DNA of 45,194 nucleotides from Kordiimonadaceae bacterium (GTDB lineage Bacteria; Pseudomonadota; Alphaproteobacteria; Sphingomonadales; Kordiimonadaceae): NCBI GenBank assembly GCA_014238195.1, contig JABABO010000058.1, positions 1 to 45,194 of the forward strand, read 5' to 3'. Shown piece by piece: positions 44,803 to 45,194 of this stretch (position 1 is its first letter; each line of letters starts with the position of its first letter). The notes under the pieces were generated by a model. It saw only the letters and a program-made list of their open reading frames with translations, ran no database searches and was not told where the DNA came from. The position numbers and the translations under genes were made by a program.

Positions 44803-45194
44803 CTGAAAGCAATCGTATCGCTGGTGGACTGATCGACCGCACAAGAAAGTGCACGTTCGAATTTAATGGAAAAACCATGTCTGGTTATACAGGTGACACG
44901 CTTGCCTCAGCTTTGATCGCGGGTGGTGAAAGGCTGGTTGCTCGTTCTTTTAAATATCACCGACCACGCGGTATTTATACTGCAGGTTCAGAAGAGCCAA
45001 ACGCGCTTGTGACACTTGGAAGTGGCTCCACTCAGGAACCAAATACGCGTGCGACAGTGGCTGAAATTTATGATGGGTTAAAAGCGAGAAGTCAAAACCA
45101 TCGTGGGTCACTTAAATATGACTTGTTGGCAGTCAACGACTTTTTGTCACCGTTCCTGACAGCTGGCTTTTACTATAAAACTTTCATGTGGCCA
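44799..45194 (+). CDS. soxA: Sarcosine oxidase alpha subunit, N-terminal 132 codons (continues beyond the window)
   Basis: My translation: MTESNRIAGGLIDRTRKCTFEFNGKTMSGYTGDTLASALIAGGERLVARSFKYHRPRGI.., which is the typical SoxA N-terminus. The frame is open to the window end. Confidence 0.85.
   Translation, partial: MTESNRIAGGLIDRTRKCTFEFNGKTMSGYTGDTLASALIAGGERLVARSFKYHRPRGIYTAGSEEPNALVTLGSGSTQEPNTRATVAEIYDGLKARSQNHRGSLKYDLLAVNDFLSPFLTAGFYYKTFMWP

Overview
The window looks like a proteobacterial chromosome segment of moderate GC. The cpa/tad gene order suggests an alphaproteobacterium, but I cannot confirm that. Left to right it contains six blocks. (1) The 5' 3.7 kb of a giant minus-strand RTX / cadherin-like / FG-GAP / VCBS repeat adhesin, whose reading frame is broken at a G8 homopolymer near its start. 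(2) A complete Flp/Tad pilus locus (flp, cpaA-F, tadB, tadC, and divergent tadG/tadE/tadF-like genes). (3) Housekeeping and sensory genes: an IMPase-family protein, an FAD oxidoreductase, two small membrane proteins, an MCP, purU and a GcvA-like LysR regulator. (4) The most unusual part is a 13.3-kb, 11-gene, translationally coupled minus-strand operon. It joins complete coenzyme F420 biosynthesis (fbiC, cofC, cofD, cofE) and an F420:NADPH oxidoreductase (fno) to an enzyme module. That module has hydantoinase/oxoprolinase A and B subunits, an adenylate-forming CoA ligase, a hotdog thioesterase and two luciferase-like oxidoreductases. The operon is bracketed by two about 106-bp, about 90% identical, hairpin-rich direct repeats. 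(5) A divergent MarR regulator, a TRAP transporter and a TonB-dependent receptor follow. Their promoter regions share AGTATAC-centred palindromes with the F420 operon promoter. (6) A GlxA/AraC regulator lies divergent from sarcosine oxidase soxBDA (soxA runs off the window). I saw no rRNA, tRNA, CRISPR array, transposase or integrase. All calls come from reading the sequence and ORF translations by eye; no database searches were run.
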